This document shows, in pieces, positions 40,205 to 49,817 of a stretch of 64,000 bases of DNA (position 1 is the stretch's first letter; each line of letters opens with the position of its first letter). The notes beneath the pieces are model-generated. The model had not been told where the DNA came from and made no database searches. It saw only the letters and a list, made by a program, of their open reading frames with translations. Location: positions 30,787-94,786 of the forward strand of contig CAZFJP010000010.1 of assembly GCA_964518965.1 (NCBI GenBank), read 5' to 3'. Position numbers and translations under genes: made by a program. Source of the DNA: an uncultured Candidatus Saccharibacteria bacterium. Lineage in GTDB: Bacteria > Patescibacteriota > SOKK01.

Positions 40205-40420
40205 TTACCATTCGCCTAAGGTATTACCTTGTTTGTCTTTAAAGGATCCAGTTAAAATCATAATCACGTCCACTAACCAACCAATACCAAAGACTCCACC
40301 CGTGAGTAACCAAACGATACCAGTACCAATTTTACCCACATAGAAACGATGCACTCCTAGGCCTCCTAAAAAGAAGCATAAGAGAAAGACAATTAATCTC
40401 TTTTTTTCTTGTTCTGCCAT
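40205..40420 (-). CDS. TM2 domain protein
   Basis: '[29 protein letters not shown]'. Confidence 0.9.
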   Translation of the reverse strand: MAEQEKKRLIVFLLCFFLGGLGVHRFYVGKIGTGIVWLLTGGVFGIGWLVDVIMILTGSFKDKQGNTLGEW

Positions 40421-40440
40421 TTAGTTTTCACCTCCTTATA

Positions 40441-40538
40441 AACAAATTAAAAATTAAAAAGAGTAAAAATTAAAAAATAAGTCCGGATCTTCTAGGATTT
40501 AGTTTTTAAATTTTGATTTTTTAACTTTTAAGTTTTTT
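40441..40538. repeat. Inverted heptamer-periodic array (AAAATTA type)
   Basis: A-rich arm followed by TTTTGAT/TTTTAAC/TTTTAAG arm, next to the tRNA-Gln 3' end. Confidence 0.55.
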
Positions 40539-40539
40539 A

Positions 40540-40613
40540 TGGCTCGGGGACTAGGATTCGAACCTAGATTAACAGGACCAAAACCTGTCGTCCTACCATT
40601 AGACGATCCCCGA
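40540..40613 (-). tRNA. tRNA-Gln(TTG)
   Basis: TCGGGGATCGTCTAATGGTAGGACGACAGGTT-TTG-GTCCTGTTAATCTAGGTTCGAATCCTAGTCCCCGAGCCA; U1-A72 pair. Confidence 0.93.
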
Positions 40614-40617
40614 ATAT

Positions 40618-42015
40618 TTACTTTTTCCTTATTCTGTATCCTCTTTCAGTATCCTCTATTTCAAACCCTTTGCTTTCAATTTCTTTTCTTAACTTATCGG
40701 CCTTAGCAAAATCCTTATCTTTGCGAGCTTTTTCGCGTTTACTGGCAAGGTTTTTAATTGGGTCAGGAATATCAATTGATATTGGTTCAGCAAAGTTAGT
40801 ACCAAGAATTTTGTCAGCGGCATCGAGAAGTTTTTTACTTGTAGTATGAGTAACAATTGCAATTGCTTCTGGGGTATTTAAATCATCTTCAATTGCTTTT
40901 TCTAAATTAACGATATCTTTTGAAACATCTTTATTCTCAATTTGTTTATTTCTAGCTAAATTCCAAACTCTTTCCAAGGTTGTCCTTGCTTGTTTTAAAC
41001 TTCCTTTACTAAAATTAATTTTGGAATTATATTTTCCGCTGAGAATTGAGATTTTAAATTCATTTTGGCTATATCCCATTTTCTCAATATCATCTAAGGT
41101 ATAGATGTTTCCACGTGATTTAGCCATCTTTTCGTTGTTGATAAGCATATGGCGACGGTGGATCCAATATCTAACAAATGGTGACTTGCCAGTAGTGGCT
41201 TCCGATTGGGCAATTTCGTCTTCATGGTGTGGGAAAATGTTGTCTTCTCCACCAGTATGAATATCTATTTGAGGACCTAAATATTTGATACTCATTGCGG
41301 AACACTCAATATGCCAACCAGGATATCCTCTGCCCCAGGGGCTACCCCATTGCATTAAATGTTCTTTTGGTGCTTTAATCCAAAGAGCAAAGTCATAAGG
41401 AGTTTTCTTTTCCGGGTCTATCTTAATTCTTTTACCTTTCTCTAATTTTGCTAAAGTATTTCCTGATAGCTTACCGTAGTTTTTAAATTTGCTGACGTTG
41501 TAATAAATACCTTTTGAGGTTTCATAGGCATAACCTTTCTTGAGAAGTTTTTTAATCATTTCGATCATTTCTGGGATATGTTCAGTGGCACGGGCAATTA
41601 TGGTACGGTTATTATTTTTAATCGTGCCTTTTTCGATATCGTAAGCATCAGCGATCTTTAGGTTTAGTTTTTTAGCTGCTTTAAAAAATTCTTTTTCATA
41701 CGCACGAGCGATTTCTTGTGGTCCCTTTCCTTCTTTTTTTGCCTGGGCGATAATTTTGTCTTCGCCTTCATCAGATGTTGATAGATCATCTTTGGTTAGA
41801 TGGCCAACATCAGTAATGTTCATTACTCGTTTTACTTTATAACCTTTGTATTCTAGATAACGAACAAGAATATCGGACATAATATAACGCGCTAGATTAC
41901 CTAAATGGGGCTTACCGTAGACAGTAGGTCCACAATCGTACATTAAGACAACCTTGTCTTTTATTGGTTTAAAAGGTTCTTTTCGCTTAGTTAGAGTATT
42001 ATATAGTTCTAACAT
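40618..42015 (-). CDS. cysS: Cysteinyl-tRNA synthetase
   Basis: 'CGPTVY..HLGN', 'PGWHIECSAM', 'KMAKS'. Confidence 0.97.
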   Translation of the reverse strand: MLELYNTLTKRKEPFKPIKDKVVLMYDCGPTVYGKPHLGNLARYIMSDILVRYLEYKGYKVKRVMNITDVGHLTKDDLSTSDEGEDKIIAQAKKEGKGPQEIARAYEKEFFKAAKKLNLKIADAYDIEKGTIKNNNRTIIARATEHIPEMIEMIKKLLKKGYAYETSKGIYYNVSKFKNYGKLSGNTLAKLEKGKRIKIDPEKKTPYDFALWIKAPKEHLMQWGSPWGRGYPGWHIECSAMSIKYLGPQIDIHTGGEDNIFPHHEDEIAQSEATTGKSPFVRYWIHRRHMLINNEKMAKSRGNIYTLDDIEKMGYSQNEFKISILSGKYNSKINFSKGSLKQARTTLERVWNLARNKQIENKDVSKDIVNLEKAIEDDLNTPEAIAIVTHTTSKKLLDAADKILGTNFAEPISIDIPDPIKNLASKREKARKDKDFAKADKLRKEIESKGFEIEDTERGYRIRKK

Positions 42016-42086
42016 TTGAAATTAAGTCAGAGGTCAGAGATATAAGGGTTGAAGTCTGAAGTTTTAAGTTTCAGTCTTCTACCTTT

Positions 42087-42692
42087 TTAATAATTTCTTC
42101 TCTCTTCCAATGATCTCGTTAAGGTTACTTCATCTGCATATTCCAAATCTCCTCCCATCGGTAGTCCCCTTGCAATGCGAGTCACTTTTAATCCTAACGG
42201 TTTAATTAATTTTGCAATATACATTGCGGTTGCTTCACCTTCTAAACTGGGATTAGTGGCGATAATTACTTCTTTGATTTCACCATTGTGTTTTTTGAGA
42301 GTTGTGAGAAGTTCTTTAATTTTTAATTCTTGTGGTCCGATTCCTTCCAATGGGGAAATTACTCCACCAAGAACATGATAGAGTCCTTTGTAATGATCGG
42401 TTTTCTCCAATGCAACAACGTCCATTGGTTCTTCAACGACACAAATCTTTGATTGATCGCGAGAAATATCACTACAAATCTGACAAGGATCACATTCAGC
42501 AATGTTAAAACAGCGAGAGCAAAAGACAAGGTTTTCTTGTAGGTCACAAACAGCTTTACTAAAGCTTTTTAAGTCGTCTTTTTTTGCTTTCAGTAAGTAA
42601 AAAGTCAACCGCTGAGCAGAACGAGGACCTATGCCTGGCAGTTTAGAAAACTCTTCTATTAGATTACGGACTGATTTAGGGATGAAGTTCAT
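42087..42692 (-). CDS. recR: Recombination mediator RecR
   Basis: '[11 protein letters not shown]', C4 zinc finger, 'EGEATA', 'LEYADE'; likely start 42692. Confidence 0.97.
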   Translation of the reverse strand: MNFIPKSVRNLIEEFSKLPGIGPRSAQRLTFYLLKAKKDDLKSFSKAVCDLQENLVFCSRCFNIAECDPCQICSDISRDQSKICVVEEPMDVVALEKTDHYKGLYHVLGGVISPLEGIGPQELKIKELLTTLKKHNGEIKEVIIATNPSLEGEATAMYIAKLIKPLGLKVTRIARGLPMGGDLEYADEVTLTRSLEERRNY

Positions 42693-42696
42693 GCGA

Positions 42697-42825
42697 TAAA
42701 ACCAAAAATTAAAATGCAAAAAACAAAAGTAGAAGCAAAATTCAAAAATAAATTACCACTTAGCTTATAAATATATTTTTCTTTTTGCTTTCACTTTTGA
42801 TTTCTGATTTTTGCTTTTTGTATTT
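42697..42825. repeat. Inverted heptamer-periodic array
   Basis: AAAATGCAAAAAACAAAAGTAGAAGCAAAA ... TTTTGCTTTCACTTTTGATTTCTGATTTTTGCTTTTTG between ybaB and recR. Confidence 0.7.
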
Positions 42826-43105
42826 ATAATCCAAAATTCCCTATCATTCCCCTCATCTTCTTCGCGATTACTTTTTGGGATTCTTTGGTAGCTTTATTAA
42901 GGACGCTTTTTAACTTCTCACCTGTTTTTTCTTTATCCGAAAAATCAAAGTCATCATCAAAGCTGATGGATTGAATTTCCTGCGCGCCGTTCATTATGAC
43001 TTTAATACCATCATTTTGATATTCAATGATTTCCTCTTCCATTTGCTTTTTTAAAATCTGGGCTTGTTTTTGCATCTCGCGTATTTGTTGAAGTTTCTCA
43101 AACAT
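42824..43105 (-). CDS. ybaB: YbaB/EbfC nucleoid-associated protein
   Basis: 'MQKQAQ..GIKVIMNG.QEI', upstream of recR. Confidence 0.85.
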   Translation of the reverse strand: MFEKLQQIREMQKQAQILKKQMEEEIIEYQNDGIKVIMNGAQEIQSISFDDDFDFSDKEKTGEKLKSVLNKATKESQKVIAKKMRGMIGNFGL

Positions 43106-43214
43106 AGCAATCTCCTTTAATTTATAATAGTTTATCACTCCGTTGCATGACGGTGTCTCTCTGAGATTTTGAGGGACACTTAAGTATAACTTGGACGACA
43201 GGGTAAAAAATAAG

Positions 43215-44735
43215 TTAATTTACTTTACTCTTTTTTACTCTTTCATAATAAATTAAACTTTCTTTACCAAACTGATAAGTATTTTTAATTTGATATTGGT
43301 TTAGTTTTGGCAGTTTTAGTCCATACTCATTGAAATCAGAAGTACGAATTTCCCAGAAGTTTTTGGTGTTTTTGAGATATTTACTGATGTCGGTAATAAG
43401 CTCATTGTTACTCAAAAGAGCGCTGCCGCCGTAGTGTGGTAGCTCTCCAGAGGGAGTGTATACTGCCGATTTTTGCTCATTTTTATTATAGTATTGAAAG
43501 ACAATGAAAGTAAAGGAAGCAGAGTGGATAATTTTCTCACCTGGGCGATAATACTGCTGAAGTGTTTGATTTAGTTCTCTCATACCAATTTGTTTTGGAT
43601 CCAGACCAAAAACATTAGTACAGGCAGTCGCGATAACTATTCCAGTGGTTACAAATAGTATCGGCATTAGGATTTTGTTTTTTAATTTAGCAACAAAGTA
43701 AGCAAAAAGAATAAATTCAAAGGTGCCAGCAAAGATGAAATAACGGTCTAAGAAAACCGAGCGAGAAATTGAAACTAGTGCCCCAAGAATAAAGGGAATA
43801 AAAAGACAGTTTAGGACTAGTATTAGAGCAATTTTTTGTTGTGGTTTTTGTGACTTTAAACTACGAGTTGCTAAGAAACTAACTAGAAGAATAAGAATAA
43901 AAGGTAAAACAAGAATAGCGAGGGTTTTAATTTCAATACTGCCAATAGTAATCACCAAAAAAGTGCGAAAAAAGCTAATGACCGACAGTGCTGGAATCCA
44001 GTAATCTTTTTTTACTTGCTGAAGTTGTTTTAAAAAAACCATCAGCCATGGTAAGTAGAAAACAATGGTGAGAAATAAACTGAGAAAGAAATAGCCAATT
44101 TTTTGAGACAGGAATTGTCGTGTTTTTTTGTCAACGATAAGAATGCCGAGAAGAATTCCGATAATTTGGGCAACTGTGGTAAAAGCTAAAAAGTAGTGAG
44201 TGTAGATACCAGTAACGGTAAAGATTAAGTAGCCCCCCAAATAAAAAAGCGTTTTGATTTTTTTCTTAGTCCAAAATGCTTGCCAGAGAAAGAAGGTAGA
44301 AGCGACTGCTAGGAATGCTCCTAACATATACATGCGACTCTCACGGCTGTATTGAATAAAGAATGGTGCAATTGTAATTAGAAAGCTTGCGATAAGAGCT
44401 ACTCTACTATTGAAAAGTTTTTTAACGAGTAGATAAACACTGATGATTAGTAAAATCCCAAAGATAACTGAGAAGCCGCGTAATGCCGTCTCGCTATCTC
44501 CTGCTATAAGAGTCCACCATCTTAGTAAAAAATAATAAAACGGTGGATGAACATCGAATTTTCCCAGTTCTATGATTTGAGTTAAGGAATGTTTTACCAT
44601 CTCGGCACTAAATGCTTCATCATACCAGAGGGCGTTTTTGGTGATCTGAAACAAACGTAAAAATCCTCCGAGGATAATAATAGCGGTGAGGATTAAGAAG
44701 TTAGAGCCTTTGAGTTTTGAGAGAGGCTTTATCAT
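43215..44735 (-). CDS. GT-C fold glycosyltransferase (GT39/PMT-ArnT-like)
   Basis: 'LWYDEA', 'HPPFYY', 'YSRESRMY'; many TMs. Confidence 0.88.
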   Translation of the reverse strand: MIKPLSKLKGSNFLILTAIIILGGFLRLFQITKNALWYDEAFSAEMVKHSLTQIIELGKFDVHPPFYYFLLRWWTLIAGDSETALRGFSVIFGILLIISVYLLVKKLFNSRVALIASFLITIAPFFIQYSRESRMYMLGAFLAVASTFFLWQAFWTKKKIKTLFYLGGYLIFTVTGIYTHYFLAFTTVAQIIGILLGILIVDKKTRQFLSQKIGYFFLSLFLTIVFYLPWLMVFLKQLQQVKKDYWIPALSVISFFRTFLVITIGSIEIKTLAILVLPFILILLVSFLATRSLKSQKPQQKIALILVLNCLFIPFILGALVSISRSVFLDRYFIFAGTFEFILFAYFVAKLKNKILMPILFVTTGIVIATACTNVFGLDPKQIGMRELNQTLQQYYRPGEKIIHSASFTFIVFQYYNKNEQKSAVYTPSGELPHYGGSALLSNNELITDISKYLKNTKNFWEIRTSDFNEYGLKLPKLNQYQIKNTYQFGKESLIYYERVKKSKVN

Positions 44736-45481
44736 TTCTTATATTTTCCGGTAATCACATTCCATTTTACCTTTATTACATCTCCTATTGCTTTCAAATA
44801 CACTTTAGTAAAGGAAAGTTTTGTTTTGGAAATATCAGTCCAGGTGATTCCTACTTCTTTAATTCTAAACCCTAATTGTTTTCCGATTGCCAACGTTTCC
44901 ATATCAAACACCCATCCTTTTATTTTCTGCTTTGGAAAAATTGATTTAGCAGCTTCCTTTGTAAAACATTTAAAACCGCACTGGGTATCCTTGATACCCC
45001 AGAGAACAAGAGATTGGATTAAGATGTTTCCCATTTTACCGAGAATACGACGAATCCAGGGTTGCGGTACTCTAATAATACTTTCCGGCATAGCGCGGGA
45101 GCCGATGACAATATGATAACCTTGCCTGAAATAGGGCAATAATTTGGCAATTTCATCAATTCTAGTTGCATTATCAGCATCCATGAAAAGCACATACTTC
45201 CCTCTCGCTTCCATTGCGCCATGAGCAACACTATAGCCTTTTCCTTGGTTAGATTCATTTTCTACCAGCCGTAGGTTTTCCATCACCTGCTTTTTTTGTT
45301 TTACAATTTCTCTTGTACTATCGGTACTTCCATCATCAACGATGATAATTTCCGAGGTAAAAGGTTGTTTTAAGAGAAACTGATAAACATCAACAAGAGT
45401 ATCGCCTAAAACATTTTCCTCATTGTAAGCAGGGATAATCACTGATAAGTCAATTTGTTTATCGGGATTTGAGTTGATCAT
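44732..45481 (-). CDS. GT2 polyprenol-phosphate glycosyltransferase (Alg5/DPG-synthase-like)
   Basis: 'IPAYNE', 'VDDGSTD', 'NQGKG', 'FMDAD', 'DTQCGFK'. Confidence 0.92.
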   Translation of the reverse strand: MINSNPDKQIDLSVIIPAYNEENVLGDTLVDVYQFLLKQPFTSEIIIVDDGSTDSTREIVKQKKQVMENLRLVENESNQGKGYSVAHGAMEARGKYVLFMDADNATRIDEIAKLLPYFRQGYHIVIGSRAMPESIIRVPQPWIRRILGKMGNILIQSLVLWGIKDTQCGFKCFTKEAAKSIFPKQKIKGWVFDMETLAIGKQLGFRIKEVGITWTDISKTKLSFTKVYLKAIGDVIKVKWNVITGKYKK

Positions 45482-47072
45482 GCGAAATAAAATAAACTTT
45501 AAAAATCTTTTGGTTGAAACGATTTTGTCCCTGATCGATTAAAAAATATCGTTTCAGCAACCTTGATTCATTTGCTACTTTGAAGAAATCTCTTGTGAAC
45601 AGTAAGTAAAATGTTGTTTTTTGTGATTTAAGTAATTCATCTAATGCTTTACTATCGCGGTCAAATAATGTATAGCTAGATTTCTGATAAGTAATAAACT
45701 CTAAACTTTGATTAGAATAATGGTCAAGAGCAACTTTGAGTGGTCGGGAAAACTGCTTGCGGTTAAGGTATTCTCCGACATCTCGCAAGTCGCCACGAAA
45801 CTCTGAGTAAACCTGTTCTTTTTCGGCATAAGTGATGAAATAGTGCTTATAGCTATCGTAACTAATAGAACTGGCAAAACCAATTCCAAGGATGATAATA
45901 ATTGCTTTCAGAACCATTTTTCTACTTTGTATTGCATGAAAGAAATATTTAAAGGGTAGCGCAACTAAAAGATAGATAAAAGGTATTGTTCCGATAGCAC
46001 GCAAGGCATGTGGTACTCCTTCGGCAGTAAGCATTGCTGGAATCATCATGACAAAGAAGCCGACAAGGATTAAAAAGTATTTAGTTTTTTTGAAATTAAT
46101 AATCGTGATTAGAAGTCCCCATAGCATTAGTAGGCCCACCCAAAAATTCAGCATCGGTGCTCCACTTAAATTATGGCGCCAGTTATTGTCACCAGCAAAA
46201 TTAAACATTCCAAGGGTCTTTACAACACTACTTAAAGTAGTTTTGATAAATCCTCCCTGCCAGAGTGCGGGATTAAAAATAGAAACGCTACTGGCCCGAC
46301 CAAAGAAATCAAACGGGTGAAAAATAGAGTAGATCAGGAAAGGAGTAGCAGTTAGAAGCATAGCAATAAGGAAGATAGCAACCCCCCTTTTTACGAATTT
46401 TATCTTGAAAACAGCACTTTTTTGAATAAAATATTTATACGCCAGTACTAGGAGAATGATTAGTGGGACGAAACGAAAAGCGATATAAGTATAAGCGCCT
46501 AATCCAAGAGCAATACCTGAAAAGATCCAGAAAACAGTTTTCCCTGTTAGAGATGTCTGCCTTGCCGGTAGACAGGAGTCTACTTTTGATGTAGTACTTT
46601 GCCATGCTTTGATGAGAAAGTAAAGAAAAATGCAGATTAAGAATGGTACTAGAATAGCGCGAAATCCGTTGCGGGAGAAAGTAAGATGCCAAGTAGAGAT
46701 AGTAAAGAAAAATAGTCCCACTATTCCGAGTTTGCGTCCGAGTAATTCCTTAGCGAGAAAATAAAAAAAGATTAATGTCAATACTCCGATTAAAGCCGAT
46801 ACTAGTCGGATGGAAAAAATCGAGCTGCCAAGTAATTTAAATGACAGTGAAATTAAATAAATAAACAGTCCTTCTCTGCCACCATTGTTTTCAAAGAAAA
46901 CTTTTACGGCAGGATTTGCAATGATTTGGTTAGCATCATTGCCGTTCGCGGCTTCATCGGGATAAACCCCGAAGGGTAGCTGATTTAAATTAGTAAGTCT
47001 TAAAAAGGCCCCCAAGGTGATAATCAGAGTAACGACAATTACCTCAATAGCTAGTTTCAAACGTTTGTTCAT
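45459..47072 (-). CDS. GT-C fold glycosyltransferase (GT39/PMT-ArnT-like)
   Basis: 'PFGVYPDEA', 'GREGLF', 'WHLTFSR', 'YTYIAFR'. Confidence 0.88.
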   Translation of the reverse strand: MNKRLKLAIEVIVVTLIITLGAFLRLTNLNQLPFGVYPDEAANGNDANQIIANPAVKVFFENNGGREGLFIYLISLSFKLLGSSIFSIRLVSALIGVLTLIFFYFLAKELLGRKLGIVGLFFFTISTWHLTFSRNGFRAILVPFLICIFLYFLIKAWQSTTSKVDSCLPARQTSLTGKTVFWIFSGIALGLGAYTYIAFRFVPLIILLVLAYKYFIQKSAVFKIKFVKRGVAIFLIAMLLTATPFLIYSIFHPFDFFGRASSVSIFNPALWQGGFIKTTLSSVVKTLGMFNFAGDNNWRHNLSGAPMLNFWVGLLMLWGLLITIINFKKTKYFLILVGFFVMMIPAMLTAEGVPHALRAIGTIPFIYLLVALPFKYFFHAIQSRKMVLKAIIIILGIGFASSISYDSYKHYFITYAEKEQVYSEFRGDLRDVGEYLNRKQFSRPLKVALDHYSNQSLEFITYQKSSYTLFDRDSKALDELLKSQKTTFYLLFTRDFFKVANESRLLKRYFLIDQGQNRFNQKIFKVYFISHDQLKSR

Positions 47073-48670
47073 TGATTAACTTTAAAGATTCTAATCGTCG
47101 GGTTCTCAAAAACTTTGGTAAGTCCCAAAAGTGATTCTGGCGGATTAAATTTTTCGTCTGGGCCACTATAGATTAAATCAATCTTGTTTTTTGAAAGAAA
47201 ATCTAACATCTTCTTGCGGTCCATTTGTCCATCCATAAATTGATTGACCTTATCTATTTTACCATCAAAAAAGCTGATTGTCTCAGTCCAGTGGCCCAAA
47301 TAGACTTTCATTCCAGTCATCCAGACCAAGTAGCCGCCGCGAAAATCCTTAGACAAAACCAAAGGGTGTTTTCTGCCATAATTTTGTTTCAGCCAGTCAA
47401 AAGCTTGTTTCTCATAGCGATCAAGATAAATTTCTCTACTTTGAGTAGTTATTGCTCTTGCATAATCTTTCTCAATTGGAATAATCGATAAAGAACTTAA
47501 AACAATCACAAGCGCAACAATGATAATTTTCCAACGACGCTTTTTTATTTTGGAAATAATCCAGATTAACCCAAAACCCCCAAGAATTGTAATAGGAATT
47601 TCTGCGCCTTCAATTAATTTACGCTGAAAACCAAGGGGCAAAAGAATTGCGAAAAAGTTGACTATTGCCCAAAGGGATAAAATTTGATATTTAGTTTCTG
47701 TTTTGATTCTAAACTTTTGAATGATACCGATGACTGCTAAGAATCCACTGATTCCAAATCCGAGAAAGTAAATTGGTAGTGGCCCAACTGGACAATTGTT
47801 TGCTTCAGTCCATTGCTTAAAAACCTGCTGATATTTAAAAACATAGAAGTTATAGAGAAAAAGTGGTAGAGGAATAATTCCCATAGTACCAATTTTTAAA
47901 ATTTCTCCAAAAGGAATCTTTTTTAATTTAATCGTAAGGAGGAACAAGAAAATCACCAGCGTAATTCCAATTACAATGACATTGTAAGGATGCATCAGAA
48001 TTACTCCGAGGATACTTAATCCTCCCAGAATTGACCACTTAAGCCACTTTTTAACATTTAGTGCTTTGATAGTGCAGTAAAAAGCAAGAATCATCAATGC
48101 GACTGCACCGGTAAAATGCGGGAAGAGAATCAAGCTTAAGAAGTTATTCCCCTCTCCCAAATAAACGTCGGGAAGATTGAAACTGAGGCGCAGCAGTCGT
48201 GGGATCCAGCCAAATCCCAAAGGTAGTAGACTGAGAGTAATAACAAAGAAGCGCCAGCGAGAGCTGGGGAAAAATAATCCACTCAAAAGGTAAATGGCAA
48301 AAAAGAGGATAATGGCGCAAAATATTCGGGCAGTATGAAAAATTGCTACACCTGTTAGATTGAAAATACGCGCAAGATGACCGAGGAAGACATAAAAATT
48401 GTTGATAAAAGCACCTTGGTGTTCTTCCGAAGTAAAGCGATCCTCGTAAAGCCACTTCCCTTCTTTTCCCTGCTCTATTTTAGCAAAGTAAGAATTAGCA
48501 TCTGGAAATCCTCCATTTATGCCGATAAAAGTGTAGTTTTCAGAGGTTTTGAGATAAGCAAAGAGATGAGGGATATTAGTGAGGGTCAAAAAAATGCCTA
48601 GAAGAAGAGCTAGGAGAAGGATTTTGGAAAATAGCTTATGGAGTACTTGGTTTATTCTTGACATTATCAT
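47069..48670 (-). CDS. Polytopic membrane protein, probable GT-C glycosyltransferase
   Basis: First-loop 'D..SY.AKI.QG', about 12 TMs, soluble C-terminal domain; first gene of the GT operon. Confidence 0.7.
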   Translation of the reverse strand: MIMSRINQVLHKLFSKILLLALLLGIFLTLTNIPHLFAYLKTSENYTFIGINGGFPDANSYFAKIEQGKEGKWLYEDRFTSEEHQGAFINNFYVFLGHLARIFNLTGVAIFHTARIFCAIILFFAIYLLSGLFFPSSRWRFFVITLSLLPLGFGWIPRLLRLSFNLPDVYLGEGNNFLSLILFPHFTGAVALMILAFYCTIKALNVKKWLKWSILGGLSILGVILMHPYNVIVIGITLVIFLFLLTIKLKKIPFGEILKIGTMGIIPLPLFLYNFYVFKYQQVFKQWTEANNCPVGPLPIYFLGFGISGFLAVIGIIQKFRIKTETKYQILSLWAIVNFFAILLPLGFQRKLIEGAEIPITILGGFGLIWIISKIKKRRWKIIIVALVIVLSSLSIIPIEKDYARAITTQSREIYLDRYEKQAFDWLKQNYGRKHPLVLSKDFRGGYLVWMTGMKVYLGHWTETISFFDGKIDKVNQFMDGQMDRKKMLDFLSKNKIDLIYSGPDEKFNPPESLLGLTKVFENPTIRIFKVNQ

Positions 48671-48741
48671 CCCTGAAATATGCTACACTCACAAAGTTGC
48701 TCTTTAAAAAAATAAAATACCGCTAAACCAGAGGAGGCAGT

Positions 48742-49035
48742 ATGGCAACTCTAGAGTTTTGGCAGCTTTTTATCCGGCTAGCCTTCAATATCGCGAGGGA
48801 TTCGGATCCCCAGCGACGGCGGGAGTTGGCCTCGACTACTTTGGAGGGCTGCCAGCCCTTCTTAGCCGAGGTTCTCTGGAAGGAGAAACTGCCGCCGGGA
48901 ATTACGAGAAGGCAGATCGTGAGGGCTTACAATCTCCTCGCGGTCACCGCCGGCGATAACAGTCGCCTACTTCCCCCCTGTTCAATACGGCGGCTCTGCC
49001 CTGTACTGTCTAGTACAGGGCTTTTTATTGACTAA
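48742..49035 (+). CDS. Orphan hypothetical protein
   Basis: GAGGAGG RBS and upstream TG-extended TACACT; GC-rich; a hairpin with T-run overlaps the 3' end. Confidence 0.5.
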   Translation: MATLEFWQLFIRLAFNIARDSDPQRRRELASTTLEGCQPFLAEVLWKEKLPPGITRRQIVRAYNLLAVTAGDNSRLLPPCSIRRLCPVLSSTGLFID

Positions 49036-49118
49036 ACCAGTTTTTTCTGCTAAGATGGTTTTTCTGAGGGGAGTGTTCTTTTAAAAACCTAAAAACCCAA
49101 AACAAAGAGGAGGTAATA

Positions 49119-49538
49119 GTGATGTGTGGCTGGAAGCTTGCATATGATATTCGTTTCTTTAAGGACATCTATCAAGCGGTTGAAGCGGTTTGTAACTATC
49201 TATCCCAATGGGAGTTTTGCTGGGACTGTGTCAGCCACTTCTGGCGGTATAGATTGGACCCAGCTGCTGGACCGTTTGTTCTCCTGGGGATAGTTGTCAC
49301 TTTCATTGTTGTTATTTTTGTTTGTCTCCGCCTGGAGTTGGAACAGCGAGAAAAGAAAAAGCCAAAAGTTTCCAAGTCTGCTGCAAAGTCTCGCTATCGT
49401 CCTAAACACCTCAAAAAAAAGAAACGTGGCAAGCATCTCTCTGGGAGTCTCCTAATAGAGCCTAAGAAAATTTCCGAGGAGGAGCTTGATATTGGAGATA
49501 TCAGTGAGCGCATCCGTAAACTTTGTCATCGCCCCTGA
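49119..49538 (+). CDS. Orphan single-TM protein with basic tail
   Basis: Promoter TTGACT-17-TAAGAT (49028-49056), GAGGAGG RBS, downstream hairpin. Confidence 0.6.
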   Translation: MMCGWKLAYDIRFFKDIYQAVEAVCNYLSQWEFCWDCVSHFWRYRLDPAAGPFVLLGIVVTFIVVIFVCLRLELEQREKKKPKVSKSAAKSRYRPKHLKKKKRGKHLSGSLLIEPKKISEEELDIGDISERIRKLCHRP

Positions 49539-49817
49539 CGATCAACTCAATTTAGCTTGATCAAAAGGGGCTTTTTTATTTCAAAGTACTTTTTTGTTAA
49601 GACATAATTTATTCCAGACATTCCTTAAAAATTTGTAGAGCAACCACCCTAACTAACTGAGATGGACCTGTTTCTGGTACTGGTAAACTAGCAAAACAGC
49701 AAGAAGGTTAAACGTTGTTTTTCGAGTTACGAATAACTGTTTCTGAGCTAAAGAAACACAATCATTCCATCCAAGCGGTCTCAAAGAGACAGTTTTTTTG
49801 CCTTCTTTATGACAAGA

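Noticed and set aside
43106-43214. SRP RNA (ffs) or dnaX expected near ybaB-recR
   Set aside because: No SRP domain IV motif seen; only a short hairpin and a promoter-like TATACT on the minus strand
49580-49800. Possible gene remnant on the minus strand after sbcC
   Set aside because: Only short broken frames with no recognisable family
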